A stretch of 64,000 nt of DNA from Mobula hypostoma (GCF_963921235.1 NC_086097.1:124684001-124748000); one strand, 5' to 3'; shown: positions 39,025 through 53,600, counted from the first letter of the stretch. A program made the numbers and translations. Notes: generated from the letters alone by a model not told the origin.

Positions 39025-40640
39025 ACACCTCTATCAAATCTCCCCTCAGTCTACATTCCAAGGAATAACGCCGTATTCGATCTTTCCTTTTAACTTGGGT
39101 CCTTCCAGTCCCAGCAACATAGTTGTAAGTTTTCTTTGTACTTTTTCAAACTTATTTGCATCTTTCCTGTAGGTAGGTGACCAAAACTGCACACAATACT
39201 CTAATTTAGGCCTTACCAATGCTTTATACAACTTCAACATAACATCCCATCTCTTGTACTCAGTACTTTGATTTATAAAGGCCAATGAGCCAGAAGCTTT
39301 CTTTACGACCCTGTCTACCTGTGATGCCACTTTCAATGATTAATGGACTTACATTCAAAGATCCCTTTGTTCTACCACACTTATCAGTGCCCTATCATTC
39401 ACTGTGTAAGATCTACCCTGGATGGTCCTACCAAAGTGCAACAACTCACAGTTGTCTGCATTAAATCCCATCTGTCATTTTTCAGCCCATTTTCCAGTGG
39501 ATCAAGATACTGCTGCAAGCTCTGATAGTCTTCCTCACTGGTCACTACACCCTCAATCTTGGTGTCATCCACAAATTTGCTGATCCAGTTAACCATATTA
39601 TCATTCAGATCATTGCGATAGATGACAAATAACATTGGACCCAGCACTGATCCCTGAAGCACACCACTAGTCACAGGCTCCAGTCAGAGAGGCAACCATC
39701 TACTACAACTTTCTGTCTTCACCCACAAAGCCAATGTCTAATCCAATTTATTACCTCATCTTGAATGCTGAGTGACTGAACCTTCTTGACCAACCTCCCA
39801 GTGGCGACCTTGTCAAATGCCTTTCCAAAGTCCATGTGCACAACATCCACTGCCTTGCCTTCATCCAGTTTCCTGGTAACTTCCTCAAAAAAAACACTAT
39901 TAAGACTGGTTAGGCATGACCTACCACGCATGAAGCCATGCTGATTATCCCTAATCAGTCTATGTCTGTACAAATACCTATATATCCAGTCCCTTTGAGT
40001 ACCTTCAAATAACTTCTCCACTACTGATGTCAGAATCACTGGCCTATAATCTCCTGGTTTACTTTTAGAGCCTTTCCTAAACAGGAACAACATTGGCTAT
40101 CTTCCAGTACCTCACCTGTCGCTAAGGATGATTTAAATATCTCTGCGAGGACCCCTGTAATTTCTGCACTTGATTCCCACTGAGTCTTAGCGAACAGTCT
40201 GTCCAGCCCTGGGGATTTATCCACCCTAATTTTCCTCAAGACAACAAACACCTTATCATCTGTAATCTGTATCGGGTCCATGACCTCACTACTGCTTTGC
40301 CTCACTTCTATAGACTGCGTCTGTCTCCTGCGTAAATACAGATAAAATATCTAATTAAGATCTCCCACATCTCTTTGGGCTCCAAGCATAGATTACCATT
40401 CTGATATTCAAGAGGACCAGTGTTGTCCTTTGCAATCTTTTTGCTCCTAACATATCTGTAGGATCCCTCAGGAGTCTCCTTCACCTTGTCTACCAGGGCA
40501 ACCTTATGCCTTCTGTTTGCCCTCCTGATTTCTTTCCAGTGTTCTCTTGTGTTTATTATATTCCACAGGTACCTAATTTGTTCCTACCTGTCTATACCTG
40601 CTACACACCTCCTTTTTTTTCTTAATGAGTGCCTCGATAT
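39025..40640 (-). mobile_element. CR1 LINE ORF2 fragment
   Basis: DKSPGLD, YRPVILTSVV, MDFGKAFDKV, QGSVLGPMLF, KFVDDTK and YCVQFWSP motifs with frameshifts. Confidence 0.9.
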
Positions 40641-40820
40641 CTCTTGAAAACCTTTCTTAGATGAGGGACCCAAAACTGCTCACAATATTCCCACCGTGGT
40701 CTGACCAATGCCTCAGCATTACATTCTTGTTTTTATGTTCTCGGCCTCTTGAGGTGAATTCTAGCTTTCCTTACCACTGAGTCAACCGTCAAGTTAACCT
40801 GACAGCTAGCCGAACGTCCA

Positions 40821-41378
40821 CACTAGGTGGCCACTTTATTAGGTATATTTACATGCCTGCTCATTAACACAGATCTCTAATCAGCCAATCATGTGGCAGC
40901 AAATCAATGCAAAAAAGCATACAGACAAATCAAGAGGTTCAATTGTTATTCATAAGAATGGGGAAGAGGAAATGTGATCCAAGTGACTTTGGCCGTGGAA
41001 TGATTGTTGCTGGTTTGAGTATCTTAGAAAATGCTGATCTCCTGGAATTTTCATGCGCAACAGTCTAGAGTTTACCGAGAACAAAAAATATCCAGTGAGT
41101 GGTAGTTCTGTTGACGAAAATGCCTTATTAATGAGGGAGGTCAGAGGAGAAGGTCAAACTGGTTCAAGCTGACAGAAAGACGACAGTAATTCAAATAACC
41201 ACACCTTATAGCAGTGGTGTGCAGGAGAGCATCTCTGAATGCACAGCACCTCAAACATTGAGTGGATGGGCTACAACAGCAGAAGAACATGAGCGAACAC
41301 TCAGTGGCCACTTTATTAGGTACAGGAGGTACTTGATAAAGTGGCCTCAAGGACCGAATAAAGTGGCCACTGTGTGTA
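40821..41378 (+). mobile_element. Tc1/mariner non-autonomous DNA transposon
   Basis: TIRs CAC..GTGGCCACTTTATT / AATAAAGTGGCCACTGTGTG followed by TA; transposase N-terminal remnants. Confidence 0.8.
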
Positions 41379-41839
41379 AGTTTCTCAAATCCAAAGATGG
41401 TTATTCATTGAATACTATCTGGTATTATATTAATGTTATTATTTGTATGAGTGTACGTGAAGCAAAGTTATATCGTTTTTTACTGTCTCCTCTGAGAAGT
41501 TTTTTAATTTATTTAGTTAGTAAAATAGAAATGGAACAGGTATTACTAAAATTACAAATATGGGTATGGGTTTCAGATTGGATCTCCAATCAATCTTGTT
41601 CTATAATAAAAACAGATGTGAAATAACCACATACAGGAAACATGTTTATTATGTCAAATTCAGAGCTATGAGAATTACTTTAAAAACTTACATCCTTACT
41701 TCTGCCAAAATTCCTAGGAATGAAATGCCATCATAGAGCTTGGAATCTAAATAGCTGAAGTCATGGTTTCCATTAGTTGAGAAATTATAACTCAGGATTG
41801 GTAGGATAGTTCAGATTTTTCAGAGAGTTATAAGTCAGT

Positions 41840-42550
41840 GACTTTAAACTCCTTGGCATTATCACATCAGATGATCTGTGCTAGGACCAGCATGTAAATG
41901 CCATCACAAAGAAGACACAACAACCTCTACTTTCTTAGAAGTTTGCATAGAGTCAGCATGTCACCTAAAACTTTGACAGACTTCTATAGATGCACAGAGG
42001 AGAGCATCCTAACTGGTTGCATCACAGCCTGGTATGGAAAAATCAATGCCCAGGAATTGAAAAGTCTACAGAAAGTGGGGGATGCAGCCTAGTCCATCAC
42101 AGGCAAAACCCTCCCCACCATTGAGCACATCTACATGGAGTGCTGCCACAAGATAGCAACATCCACAATCCAGGCCATGCTCTCTTCTTGCTAGTACCAT
42201 TGGGCAGAAGGTAAAGGTCCCACACCACTATGTTCAGCAAACAGTTATTACCCCATACAACCACTAGACTCCTGAACCAGTACGGGTAACTTCAATCAGC
42301 ACAAATTTGAACTGATACCACAACCCACACAGTCAACTTACAAGGATTTTACAGCTCATGTTCTCAGTAATATTATTTTATGAACATTTTGTCTTCTTTT
42401 GCACATCGGTTGTTTGTCAGTCTTTGGTTATGTATAGTTTTCAGAAGTTCTATTGTATTTCTTTATTTTCCTGAAAATGCTTGCAAGTAAGTGAATCTCA
42501 AAGTAGTGTATGGTGACATATGTATAGGTAATCTGATGATAAGTTTACTT
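41840..42550 (+). mobile_element. Rex/Babar LINE 3' end
   Basis: LYFLRSL..PKTLTDFYRCTEESILTGCITAWYG. Confidence 0.82.
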
Positions 42551-42859
42551 GAGGTTGTGTGAAGTTACAGGGAAAATGGAGAACGACGACAGAGATCATC
42601 AAAAACAAGGAGGACAATTTTAAGCATGAGTTGTTTCTGGACCAGAAGCCAATGTAGGGTTGGAAACCACAGGGTGACTGATGAATTGATCTTGACTGGA
42701 AGTGATGATGATAAAGCTAGTCATGTCTTCAACATACATGTGAAGTTAATTTTGTCTTGAAAAATGGTGCAACATTCAGTACGGGAAGCAGAGTTTATAT
42801 GTCCGTTAATCAGACTGTCCATTTGCATGGGGTACTCCACTTTAGACATGAATTAGTTT

Positions 42860-43160
42860 CATTTGTCACATGTACATCAAAACATCAAAACATACAGTGA
42901 AATGTGTCAACTACATCAAATCAAATCAGCAAGCATTGTGCTGGGCCTCCCGCAAGTGTGGCCACACTTGCGTGCCCATAACTCACTAACCCTAACCCTA
43001 ACCATACATCTTCGTAATGTGATGGGGAACCAGAACATCCAGGGGAAATCTACGCAGTCACAGGGAGAACTTACTAATCTTTACGGGCAGCAGTGGGTAT
43101 CGAAGTCTGAACAGTGATCACAGGTGCTGTAAAGCATTGCACTAACTGCTACACTACTAT
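42860..43160 (-). mobile_element. Decayed tRNA-derived SINE
   Basis: Minus strand GTAGTGTAGCAGTTAGTGC (A box) and TTCGATACCC (B box), V-SINE-like body. Confidence 0.55.
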
Positions 43161-44009
43161 GCTTTCCCCTTTGTCACTTGCTGGCCTTATGCTGTATATA
43201 GAGTATAGCTAACCCAGCTTTGTAATTGACAATTGGAACTCAGAGTTAGAAGAAGGAACATGTTGAAGATACCTAACAGATCGAGGATCATCTTTATTTC
43301 TTGAAGGAGCCATTAGGTCATTAATTGCCAATTGCATTTTGTGTGATGGGCTCAACAAGTTAAAGAAATAAGAAATCCTGCAGCTTGGGCTGTTTGTACA
43401 ATGCATTACTCTAACATAGCAAAGTGAAACAAGAAACATGGAAAGTATGCAAGAGGTTTCCATGTCGATTGCCAGCATTATGCTTCAAGGTAATTTCTGG
43501 GTGGGGCTTGTCAGAGACAGACCTTGTTCTGCCAGAGGAGAGTTCCAGGAAGGGTTTCGACCTCTGCCTGGAACTCGCCAAAAGGTGGAAAGCACCAAGG
43601 TGAGTTTTGATTAATCCAGAGATAAGTGGAAAACCAATAGTATTCACCACTGATGAAAAGAATTGTGGCCTGGCCTTCTCTGTGTGTCAGGTGAATCTGA
43701 GCCCTATTTGTCCTGGAGGCATTTCTTCTTCTTCTTGGGCCCTTAGCTCCCACTGGTGCAGAGGCCATCATTGATGACCTCCCATTTCCATCGTACAAAG
43801 TCAATGGTCTGGTTGGAGTTCATCAATGTTTCTGTAATCCACTGTACAGGAGATTGGCCTATAACAGCTTCACCAGAGCCTTACCTCTCACAACGTAGGG
43901 CTGGACATTTAGTTGAGAACTATTCAATGACTTGATTCCTGTATTTCAGGTGTTCGGTTTGGGGTTATTACTGAGGAAAATGGACATTGCATAGTACAAC
44001 AGTTTGTAA

Positions 44010-45125
44010 ATTGTAAATTGATTTATTATTGTTACAGTGAAAAACTTGTCTTACATGCTGTATGTACAGATCAATTCATTAGAATCAGAATCAGAAACAT
44101 TACATCAGTGCGTCGAGGTAGTACAAGATAAAACAATAATAGAATGCAGAGTGAAGCATTACATTTACAGAGAAAGCGCACGACAGATGAAAAGGTGCTA
44201 GGTCATAGTCAGGTAGCTTCAGGTCAAGGATCCATTTTATCGTACTAGGAACCATCTCAGTCTTATAACAGTGGGATAGAAACTCTCTTTGAGCCTCGTG
44301 GTATGTGCTTACAGGCTTTTATAGCTCCTACCCAATTGGAGGGGGGAGAAGAGAGAATGACCGGGATGAGTGGGATCCTTGGTGATGCTGGCTGCTTTGC
44401 TGAGACAATGAAAAAGTTGGTGGAGGCTGGTTTCTGTGATGTGACGAGTTAAGTCCACAACCCTCTGCAGTTTCTTGCAGTCGTGGGAAGACCAGTTGCC
44501 ATACCAAGCTGTGATATATTCAGGTAGGATGGTGCATCGATAAAAATTGGTGAGGGTCAAAGGGGACATGGCCGGCTGGTGGCGTAGTGGCATCAGCGCC
44601 GGACTTCAGAGCGAAGGCTCCCGAGTTTGAATCCAGCCGGCTCCCCAGGCGCGCTTTCCATCCGTGCTGGGTTGAGCATCGAGCTAGCAACTCGACCTCG
44701 TAAAAAAGAAATTGCCTGCTACAGAAACATCAACAGCAAAAAGTTGATGGCCTGTGCTCTCTCGTGAGTTCAAAAAAGGCGATTTCCTTCCAAAGGGGAC
44801 AGGCCAAATGTCTTTAGCCTCCTGGGGAAGTAGAAGCGTTGGTGAGCTTCCTTGTCAATGGCATTCACTGGTTGGGCCAGTTCAGGCTATTGTTGATGTT
44901 CACTTCTAGGAACTTGAAACTCACAGCCTCTTGACTTCAACATTGTTGATGTAAGCAGGAGCACCGCCCTCCCTGATTTGGTTTGCTGACACTGAGAGGA
45001 AGATTATTGTCATGACACCATATAGCTAGACTCTTTGTCTCCTTCCTGTACACTGACTCATCACTTGAGTTACAGCCCAATACAGTGGTATCATCTGCAA
45101 TTTTGCAGGTGGATTTAGAGGAGAA
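44010..45125 (-). mobile_element. Rex/Babar LINE fragment (interrupted by a SINE)
   Basis: [37 protein letters not shown]. Confidence 0.8.
44570..44790 (+). mobile_element. Young tRNA-derived SINE
   Basis: A box TGGCGTAGTGG, B box GAGTTTGAATCC; TSD CAAAGGGGACA at 44558-44568 and 44791-44801; CpG-rich. Confidence 0.85.
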
Positions 45126-45819
45126 TTAATGCCTGCAAGAAACCGAATCTCAAATTAATATATGAGCACTTTGATAATAAATGTACTTTGAAGTTTGAAA
45201 CTGGCCACATGGTCTTGAGTGTTTATGGAGTAGCGCAGGAGGCTGGCAATGCAGCCTTGTAGGACGCCAGCGTTTAAAGATTAGTTTTATTTCTCACCTG
45301 TATAGTGAAACATGCAGTGAAATAACCTGTTTGCCTTGAGGACATCCTGAGGGCAGCCAGCAAGTGTCGTCATCTTTCCGAAAGCAATGTAGTATGCCCA
45401 CAACTTACTAACCCTAACCCGCCAGTGAGGATAATTATGGCAGGGGTGTTGTCAGCAATGCTTAGTGATTGCAGTCTTTTGGTCAGGAAGTCAGGGATCC
45501 ATTTGCAGAGGGAGGTGTTGAATTCCGGGTTTTTGGAGCTCGGAGATAAGTTTCATAGGAACTGGGGTATTGAAGGTGGAGCTGCAATCAATGAACAATT
45601 GTCTTTACTGTCCACATTCTCCAGTGATGAGTGTAGGGCCGGGGACATAGAGTAGGGTCAGGTCTATGTTGTCACAGACCTGTTTTTGGTGGTAAGGGAA
45701 ATGCAGTGGGTTGAGATTGCTTGTGAGGCTGGAATTAATACATGCCATGACCAACCTCTCAAAGCCCTTCATAATGATGTATGTCAGGGCCGCTAGGTGG
45801 TAGTTATTAATGCACATAA

Positions 45820-47115
45820 CCTTGTTCAAAGTAAATTATTATCAAGGTACATATATGTCACCATATAAAAATCTGAGATTAATTTTCTTGCAGGCATACT
45901 CAATAAATCCTTAGTAGAATAATAACCATAATAGAATCAATAAAAGACCGCACCAACTTGGCCGTTCAACTGGTGTGGAAAAGAGAACAAAATGTGCAAA
46001 TACAAGAAGAAAATAATAATAATATTAATAATTAAATGAGTAATAAATATCAAGAACATTGGATGAAGGGTCCTTGAAAGTGAATCCATGAGTTGTGGGA
46101 ACATTTCAATGATGGGGCAGTGAAGTTGAATGAAGTTACCTTCTCTAGTTCAAGAGCCTGATGGTTGAGGGGTAATTACTGGTCCTGAACCTGTTGGCGT
46201 GAGTCCCCTGAGGCTCCTGTACCTTCTTCATGATAGAAGCAGTGAGAGGAGATCATGACCTAGGTGGTGGGGTCCCTGATGATGGATGCTGCTTTCCTCT
46301 GACAATGCTCCATGTAAGTGTGCTCAATGGTGGTGAGGGCTTTACCTATGATGGACTGGGTCGTATCTATTTCTTTTTGTGGGATTTTCCATTCAAAGGC
46401 ATTGGTGTTTCCATAGCAGGTATTGATGCAGCCAGTCAATATACTTTCCACTACCCATCTATTGAAGTTTGTCAAAATTTTACTTGTCATGTCAAATCTT
46501 CGCAAATTCCTAAGGAAATAGAGGTGCTGTCGTGCTTTCTTCATAATTAAACTTACATGCTGGGCCCAGGACAGGTCCTCTGAAATGATAACACTGAGGA
46601 ATTTAAAGTTGCCGACCTTCTCCACTTCTGATCCCCCGATGAGGACAGGTTTATGGACCTCTGGTTTCCTCCTCCCGAAGTCAAAAATCAGCTTCTTGGT
46701 GTTACTGACATTGAGTGAGAGGTTGTTGATATGGCACCACTCAGCCAGATTTTCAATCTCACCCCTATATGCTGATTCATCACCACCTTTGATTCAGCCA
46801 ACAGCAGTGGTGTCATCAGCAAACTTAAATATGGCGTTGTAGCTGTGCTTAGCCACACAGTCATAGGTCTAAAGTGAGTAGAGTGGGGGCTAAGCACACA
46901 GCCTTGTGGTGCACCTGTACTGATGGTTATTTTTCTTAGATATCGAAATAAGGGTGGTCTTCCTAAAGCAGGTGAGAACCTCAGGTTGAAGCAGGGAATG
47001 GTTAACAATATCTTCAAGTACCCTCGCTAGCTGATCTGTGCAGGATCTAAGGATGCGGCCAGGGATACCATCGGGACCAGATGATTTCTGTGGGTTCACG
47101 CTGCAGGAGGTTGAT
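45820..47115 (-). mobile_element. Rex/Babar LINE fragment
   Basis: [22 protein letters not shown] and QHLYFLRNLRRF motifs. Confidence 0.82.
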
Positions 47116-47649
47116 CCTACATCCACAGTGTTATCCTGATTGGAAAGACCAAATCAAGTCACAGGGCCCGGATCTGAGAGCGAGGGATGACCCGAGATTT
47201 GGACGATATAAATGCCGGGCCAGATTGAAAAGGTCAGGGTGTCAGCGCTGGAGGAGAGGGATGGGCCAGTATTCAGTTCCCTGCTCCATGAGGTTTACTC
47301 GTTTCTGCGATAAACTGAGGCTCTGGCCTGCAATTAACAGGCTTCTGGATCGGCTGCAGTGATGGCCGGCTTTGGGCTCACTTTCATGAACTTCAGTTCT
47401 GAATGTTTTTTTGCTTACTTTTATTATTTGTACGATTTGCTTATTTTCTGTACATTGGATGCCTAATGGTTTGTTTTTTTTTAATTTTTTTATTTAAATC
47501 CGTTCTTTTGAGTTTCTTTGTTTTGCGGCTGCCTGTAAGAAGCCCAATCGCAAGGATATATATTAGTATACATACTTTGATAATAACTATACTTTGAACT
47601 TTGTTGGTACAGGTGGATTGGAGGCTGTTAGTGTGGGTGGTGACATCCA

Positions 47650-48760
47650 AGTTCAAGTTTAATATTATTTGACTGTAGAAACATATATACAACCAAATGA
47701 AACAATGTTCCTCTGAACAATACCTAGATCACACACAGCACAGAGAACAAAATACTACCACAAACAAGTTTATAAAATATAATCCAAAATACAGATGAAG
47801 TGCACAGCACAGGTAAACAATGAACAGTAGACATCTTGCTGTCCTAATGACAAGTCCTCAGTGGTGACAGGGCATTCATTGATCGCACAGCCCAGGGGAA
47901 GAAGCTGTTAACCAGTCTGGCAGCCCAAGTCCTGATGCTTCTGCACCTCCTTCCTGACAGTAGTTGGTCAAAGAGGTTGTGGGATGGATGGTGGGGATCC
48001 TTGGCAATGATTTGGGCCCTTTGTCTACAACGCTCCCGGTAAATGTCACACATAGGGGTGAGGGAGATTGCGGTGGTCCTCTTGGCAGTTTTTAAACTAT
48101 CCTCTGTAGGGTCTTGCAGTCTGATGTCTTGCAGCTTCCCTGCTACAAGAGATGCAGCCAGACAGGACCCTCTCGAGGATGCTCCCATAGAAAGTTGTTA
48201 GAAGGAGATCAGGGAATCTTGCACGCCTCAATATCGTCAGAAAATGTGAACACTGCTGTGCCTTTTTGACAAATAAGAAGCTGTTGCAGGTGCAGGTTAG
48301 ATCATCGGTTATGTGCTCACCAAGGAACTTTGTGCTCTTCACTCTCTCTACAGCAGAGCCATCGATGTGCAATGGAGAGCAGTCAACCTGCACCTTGCTG
48401 AAGTCCACAATTATCTCTTTTGTTTTGTGCACATTGAAGTTCAGGCTGATGCTCTTACACCATTTTGACAAGCCCCTCTTCCTCCCCTCTGTATGCTGAC
48501 TCATCATTGTTGCTGGAGAGGCCAGCCAGTGTTGTATCATCAGTGAACTTGATGATACTGTTTGAGATGGATCTGGCAGTGCAGTCGTGAGTCAGCACTG
48601 TGAACAGCAGTGAGCTGAGCACACGGCCAAAGAAGACACCAGTGCTCAGCATGCTGGAGTTTGAGATATTGCACCCAACTTAGAGTGACTGTATCTTTCC
48701 AGCAAGAAGTCCAAGATCCAGGTACAGAAAGTGATTTTGAGCCCGAACAAGGACATTTGT
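47650..48760 (-). mobile_element. Rex/Babar LINE fragment
   Basis: IIKFTDDTT, NVHKTKEIIVDF and DPHHPSHNLF motifs. Confidence 0.82.
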
Positions 48761-50570
48761 CAGGTAATGCAATGGGTGACAGATGACACATGTTCATAAT
48801 GACACATGTTGTTCATAATAGAAACTGTTCTATATAATCCAGAAACACCGTCATTGAGTAGTTGTGTTCACTATAAGAGCTGGTGTCTGACATAATGACA
48901 TCAGTGTAAGGCAACTGTTTTTGGTTTTGTTCATAATGGAGGTAAAGGCCTGTGGCTTTTGTTAAGCACATAAAATGACTCACATGTTTTACTGACAAAG
49001 TCCTACATTGGTCACCTTGATGCTCTTGGACAACTGCAGAGTTACTGACTGACACATTGACCAATGTAGTAGCTTTGGAGTCACCAGAGCTTTGGGAGCC
49101 ATACACTACCGCATGGTTTGCACAGACAAAAGCCCAGTTCATGCTGCAAGAAATCACCGCGGACAGTACCAAATTTTGCTACGTTGTAGCATTGCTAAGC
49201 AGTTCCGCTGCACCTACAGCATTGAGTCTACTAGAAAACCTGCCTGCACCTGAACTCGTTAACTTTATTAACTTTGCCTCCAACTTTCACCCTGCCCTCA
49301 AGTTTACCTGGTCCATTTCTGACACCTCCCTCCCCTTTCTAGATCTTTCTGTCTCTGTCTCTGGAGACAGCTTATCCACTGATGTCTACTATAAGCCTAC
49401 TGACTCTCACAACTATCTGGACTATTCCTCTTCTCACCCTGTCTCTTGCAAAAACGCCATCCCCTTCTCGCAATTCCTCCGTCTCCGCCGCATCTGCTCT
49501 CAGGATGAGGCTTTTCATTCTAGGACGAGGGAGATGTCTTCATTTTTTAAAGAAAGGGACTTCCCTTCCTCCACTATCAACTCTGCTCTTAAACGCATCT
49601 CCCCCATTTCACGTACATCTGCTCTCACTCCATCCTCCCACCACCCCACTAGGAATAGGGTTCCCCTGGTCCTCACCTACCACCCCACCAGCCTCCGGGT
49701 CCAACATATTATTCTCCGTAACTTCCGCCACCTCCAACGGGATCCCACCACTAAGCATATCTTTCCCTCCCCGCCTCTCTCTGCATTCCGCAGGGATCGC
49801 TCCCTACACAACTCCCTTGTCCATTCGTCCCCCCCATCCCTCCCCACTGATCTCCCTCCTGGCACTTATCCGTGTAAGCGGAACAAGTGCTACACATGCC
49901 CTTACACTTCCTCCCTTACCACCATTCAGGGCCCCAAACAGTCCTTCCAGGTGAGGCATCACTTCACCTGTGAGTCGACTGGGGTGATATACTGCGTCCG
50001 GTGCTCCCGATGTGGCCTTTTATATATTGGTGAGACCCGACACAGACTGGGAGACCGCTTTGCTGAACATCTACGCTCTGTCCGCCAGAGAAAGCAGGAT
50101 CTCCCAGTGGCCACACATTTTAATTCCACATCCCATTCCCATTCTGACATGTCTATCCACGGCCTCCTCTACTGTAAAGATGAAGCCACACTCAGGTTGG
50201 AGGAACAACACCTTATATTCCGTCTGGGTAGCCTCCAACCTGATGGCATGAACATTGACTTCTCTAACTTCCGCTAGGCCCCACCTCCCCCTCGTACCCC
50301 ATCTGTTACTCTTTTTAATGCACACATTCTTTCTCTCACTCTCCTTTTTCTCCCTCTGTCCCTCTGAATATACCTCTTGCCCATCCTCTGGGTCACTCCC
50401 CCCCCCGTCTTTCTTCCCGGACCTCCTGTCCCATGATCCTCTCGTATCCCCTTCTGCCTATCACCTGTCCAGCTCTCGGCTCCATCCCTCCCCCTCCTGT
50501 CTTCTCCTATCATTTTGCATCTCCCTCTCCCCCTCCAGCTTTCAAATCCCTTACTCACTCTTCCTTCAGT

Positions 50571-50608
50571 TAGTCCTGACGAAGGGTCTCGGCCTGAAAC
50601 GTCGACTG
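50571..50608 (+). ncRNA. Minimal type I hammerhead ribozyme (PLE pLTR, upstream copy)
   Basis: TAGTC-CTGACGA-AGG gtctcgg CCT-GAAAC-GTC-GACTG: conserved core, stem II, palindromic stem III, stem I; predicted cleavage after 50603. Confidence 0.85.
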
Positions 50609-50663
50609 CGCCTCTTCCTATAGATGCTGCCTGGCCTGCTGCGTTCACCAGCAACTTTGATGT

Positions 50664-53600
50664 ATGTTGCTTGAATTTCCAGCATCTGCAGAATTCCTGT
50701 TGTTTGCGTTTAAATTCACTACTGCGAAGCCTCTTCCGGTGATGCCTACACCGAAGAAGTTTAGATCCTCTCTTCAACGGGAGTTCAGTGAAACCATCTC
50801 TCACTGCTCCCCATCTGTGATTTCTTCGGCTCTTCAACTTTTCGACCAGACTTTGACTCAAACTCACTATCACTGCCATGTATCCTTTCTTGGAACGTGC
50901 CTCCGTCGCCAACTTACTCCAGTTGGCTTTAGGATTCGTTTCCAAGCCTCTCAATTTGGACCTTCTGAGGATCCCAGGTACTCACATTTCATTGACTCTG
51001 CCTCTCGCCGCTTCTCCCATCAAGCTCTGAAGGCGACGCTCTCCGCCATGAGGAGGTACTTGGTGTCCCTATCCCAGACCCTTCCACACCTTCGGGACAC
51101 TTTCTTCGCCGTCTGTAATGGTCCTACCCGCTATTTCATCCTCCGTCGGATCCACGCCTGCAATCGCCGTTTCTTTGACTTTGTCATGTTAGGCAAAGAT
51201 CGCAAGATCTTACATCTACGGACTCCAGAGCCTGCCGGCCCCGACGCTAGCAGGCATGAACTTTCGGTTGCGGCCCCTGCCGTTGGTCTCGGCGGCTCCA
51301 ACACCTCAGGACATATTCAAAACCCGGACTCCAGCAACGACCATGGAGACATTCAAAGCGATCGCGCAACCACCAACTGCGACTCCAGCCTTGAACTCCA
51401 GGCCGGGTCTTTATGTGCTGCTGTTGTGACTCCCGTCTCCCCTTCCCCCACCACCACTCCGCAGCCCCGTCTTCCTCAGATCCCACCGTCAGCTCCTGGG
51501 CCCTCAGAGGCTCCATCTTCCTCTCACCCCAACCCTCCCCCCTCCCCTGACACCCCCAGCCTCCCCCCTCCCCCCTCTGATCCCAGCTCTCATCCGTGCC
51601 GGGTCTTTACCATCCCCTCCGACCTTCAACTGTCGGAGGCAGAACGCTCTGTTCTCAGTAAGGGCCTCACGTTTGTCCCCCTTCGCCCACACCTCAGCGA
51701 GTTCCGTGTTCGCCATGATGCGGAACTTTTCTTCCGCCGTCTCCGTCTCCGAGCCTACTTCTTCGGCAAGGAGTCTTCCACCCCCACCGATGACCCCTTC
51801 TCCCGTCTTCATCCCTCCTCTTCTTCATGGACACCCTGCTCTGGTCTTCTGCCTGCTCTGGATCTCTTTATTGCCAACTGCCGACGGGACATCAACCGTC
51901 TCGACTTCACCGCACCTTGTCCCCATTCCAACCTCACTCCTTCGGAACGCTCTGCTCTCCACTCCCTCCGCACTAATCCTAACATTATTATTAAACCCGC
52001 TGATAAAGGGGGTGCTGTTGTAGTCTGGCGTACTGACCTCTACCTTGCCGAGGCACAGCGACAACTCGCGGATACCTCCTCTTATTTACCCCTCGATCGT
52101 GACCCCACTAAGGAGCACCAGGCCATTGTCTCCCACACTATCAACGACTTTATCCGCTCAGGGGATCTCCCATCCACTGCTACCAACCTTATAGTTCCCA
52201 CACCCCGCACTTCCCGTTTCTACCTCCTACCCAAGATCCACAAACCTGCCTGTCCTGGCCGACCTATTGTCTCAGCTTGCTCCTGCCCCACCGAACTCGT
52301 TTCTGCATACCTCGACACTGTTTTATCACCCCTTGTTCAATCCCTTCCGACCTATGTTCGTGACACTTCTCACGCTCTTAAACTTTTCGATGATTTTAAG
52401 TTCCCTAGCCCCCACCGCTTTATTTTCACCTTGGATGTCCAGTCCCTATATACTTCCATCCCCCATCAGGAAGGTCTCAAAGCTCTACGCTTCTTTTTGG
52501 ATTCCAGACCTAATCAGTTCCCCTCTACCACCACTCTGCTCCGTCTAGCGGAATTAGTCCTTACTCTTAATAATTTCTCCTTTTGCTCCTCCCATTTCCT
52601 CCAGACTAAAGGTGTAGCTATGGGCACCCGTATGGGTCCTAGCTATGCCTGCCTTTTTGTTGGGTTTGTGGAACAATCTATGTTCCGTGCCTATTCTGGT
52701 ATCTGTCCCCCACTTTTCCTTCGCTACATCGACGACTGCATTGGCGCTGCTTCCTGCACGCATGCAGAACTCGTTAACTTTATTAACTTTGCCTCCAACT
52801 TTCACCCTGCCCTCAAGTTTACCTGGTCCATTTCTGACACCTCCCTCCCCTTTCTAGATCTTTCTGTCTCTGTCTCTGGAGACAGCTTATCCACTGATGT
52901 CTACTATAAGCCTACTGACTCTCACAACTATCTGGACTATTCCTCTTCTCACCCTGTCTCTTGCAAAAACGCCATCCCCTTCTCGCAATTCCTCCGTCTC
53001 CGCCGCATCTGCTCTCAGGATGAGGCTTTTCATTCTAGGACGAGGGAGATGTCTTCATTTTTTAAAGAAAGGGGCTTCCCTTCCTCCACTATCAACTCTG
53101 CTCTTAAACGCATCTCCCCCATTTCACGTACATCTGCTCTCACTCCATCCTCCCACCACCCCACTAGGAATAGGGTTCCCCTGGTCCTCACCTACCACCC
53201 CACCAGCCTCCGGGTCCAACATATTATTCTCCGTAACTTCCGCCACCTCCAACGGGATCCCACCACTAAGCATATCTTTCCCTCCCCGCCTCTCTTTGCA
53301 TTCCGCAGGGATCGCTCCCTACACAACTCCCTTGTCCATTCGTCCCCCCCATCCCTCCCCACTGATCTCCCTCCTGGCACTTATCCGTGTAAGCGGAACA
53401 AGTGCTACACATGCCCTTACACTTCCTCCCTTACCACCATTCAGGGCCCCAAACAGTCCTTCCAGGTGAGGCATCACTTCACCTGTGAGTCGACTGGGGT
53501 GATATACTGCGTCCGGTGCTCCCGATGTGGCCTTTTATATATTGGTGAGACCCGACGCAGACTGGGAGACCGCTTTGCTGAACATCTACGCTCTGTCCGC

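Noticed and set aside
44570..44640. tRNA gene
   Set aside because: It continues into a SINE body and is flanked by a TSD; it is a SINE head. The head at 37120-37192 likewise continues into a SINE body.
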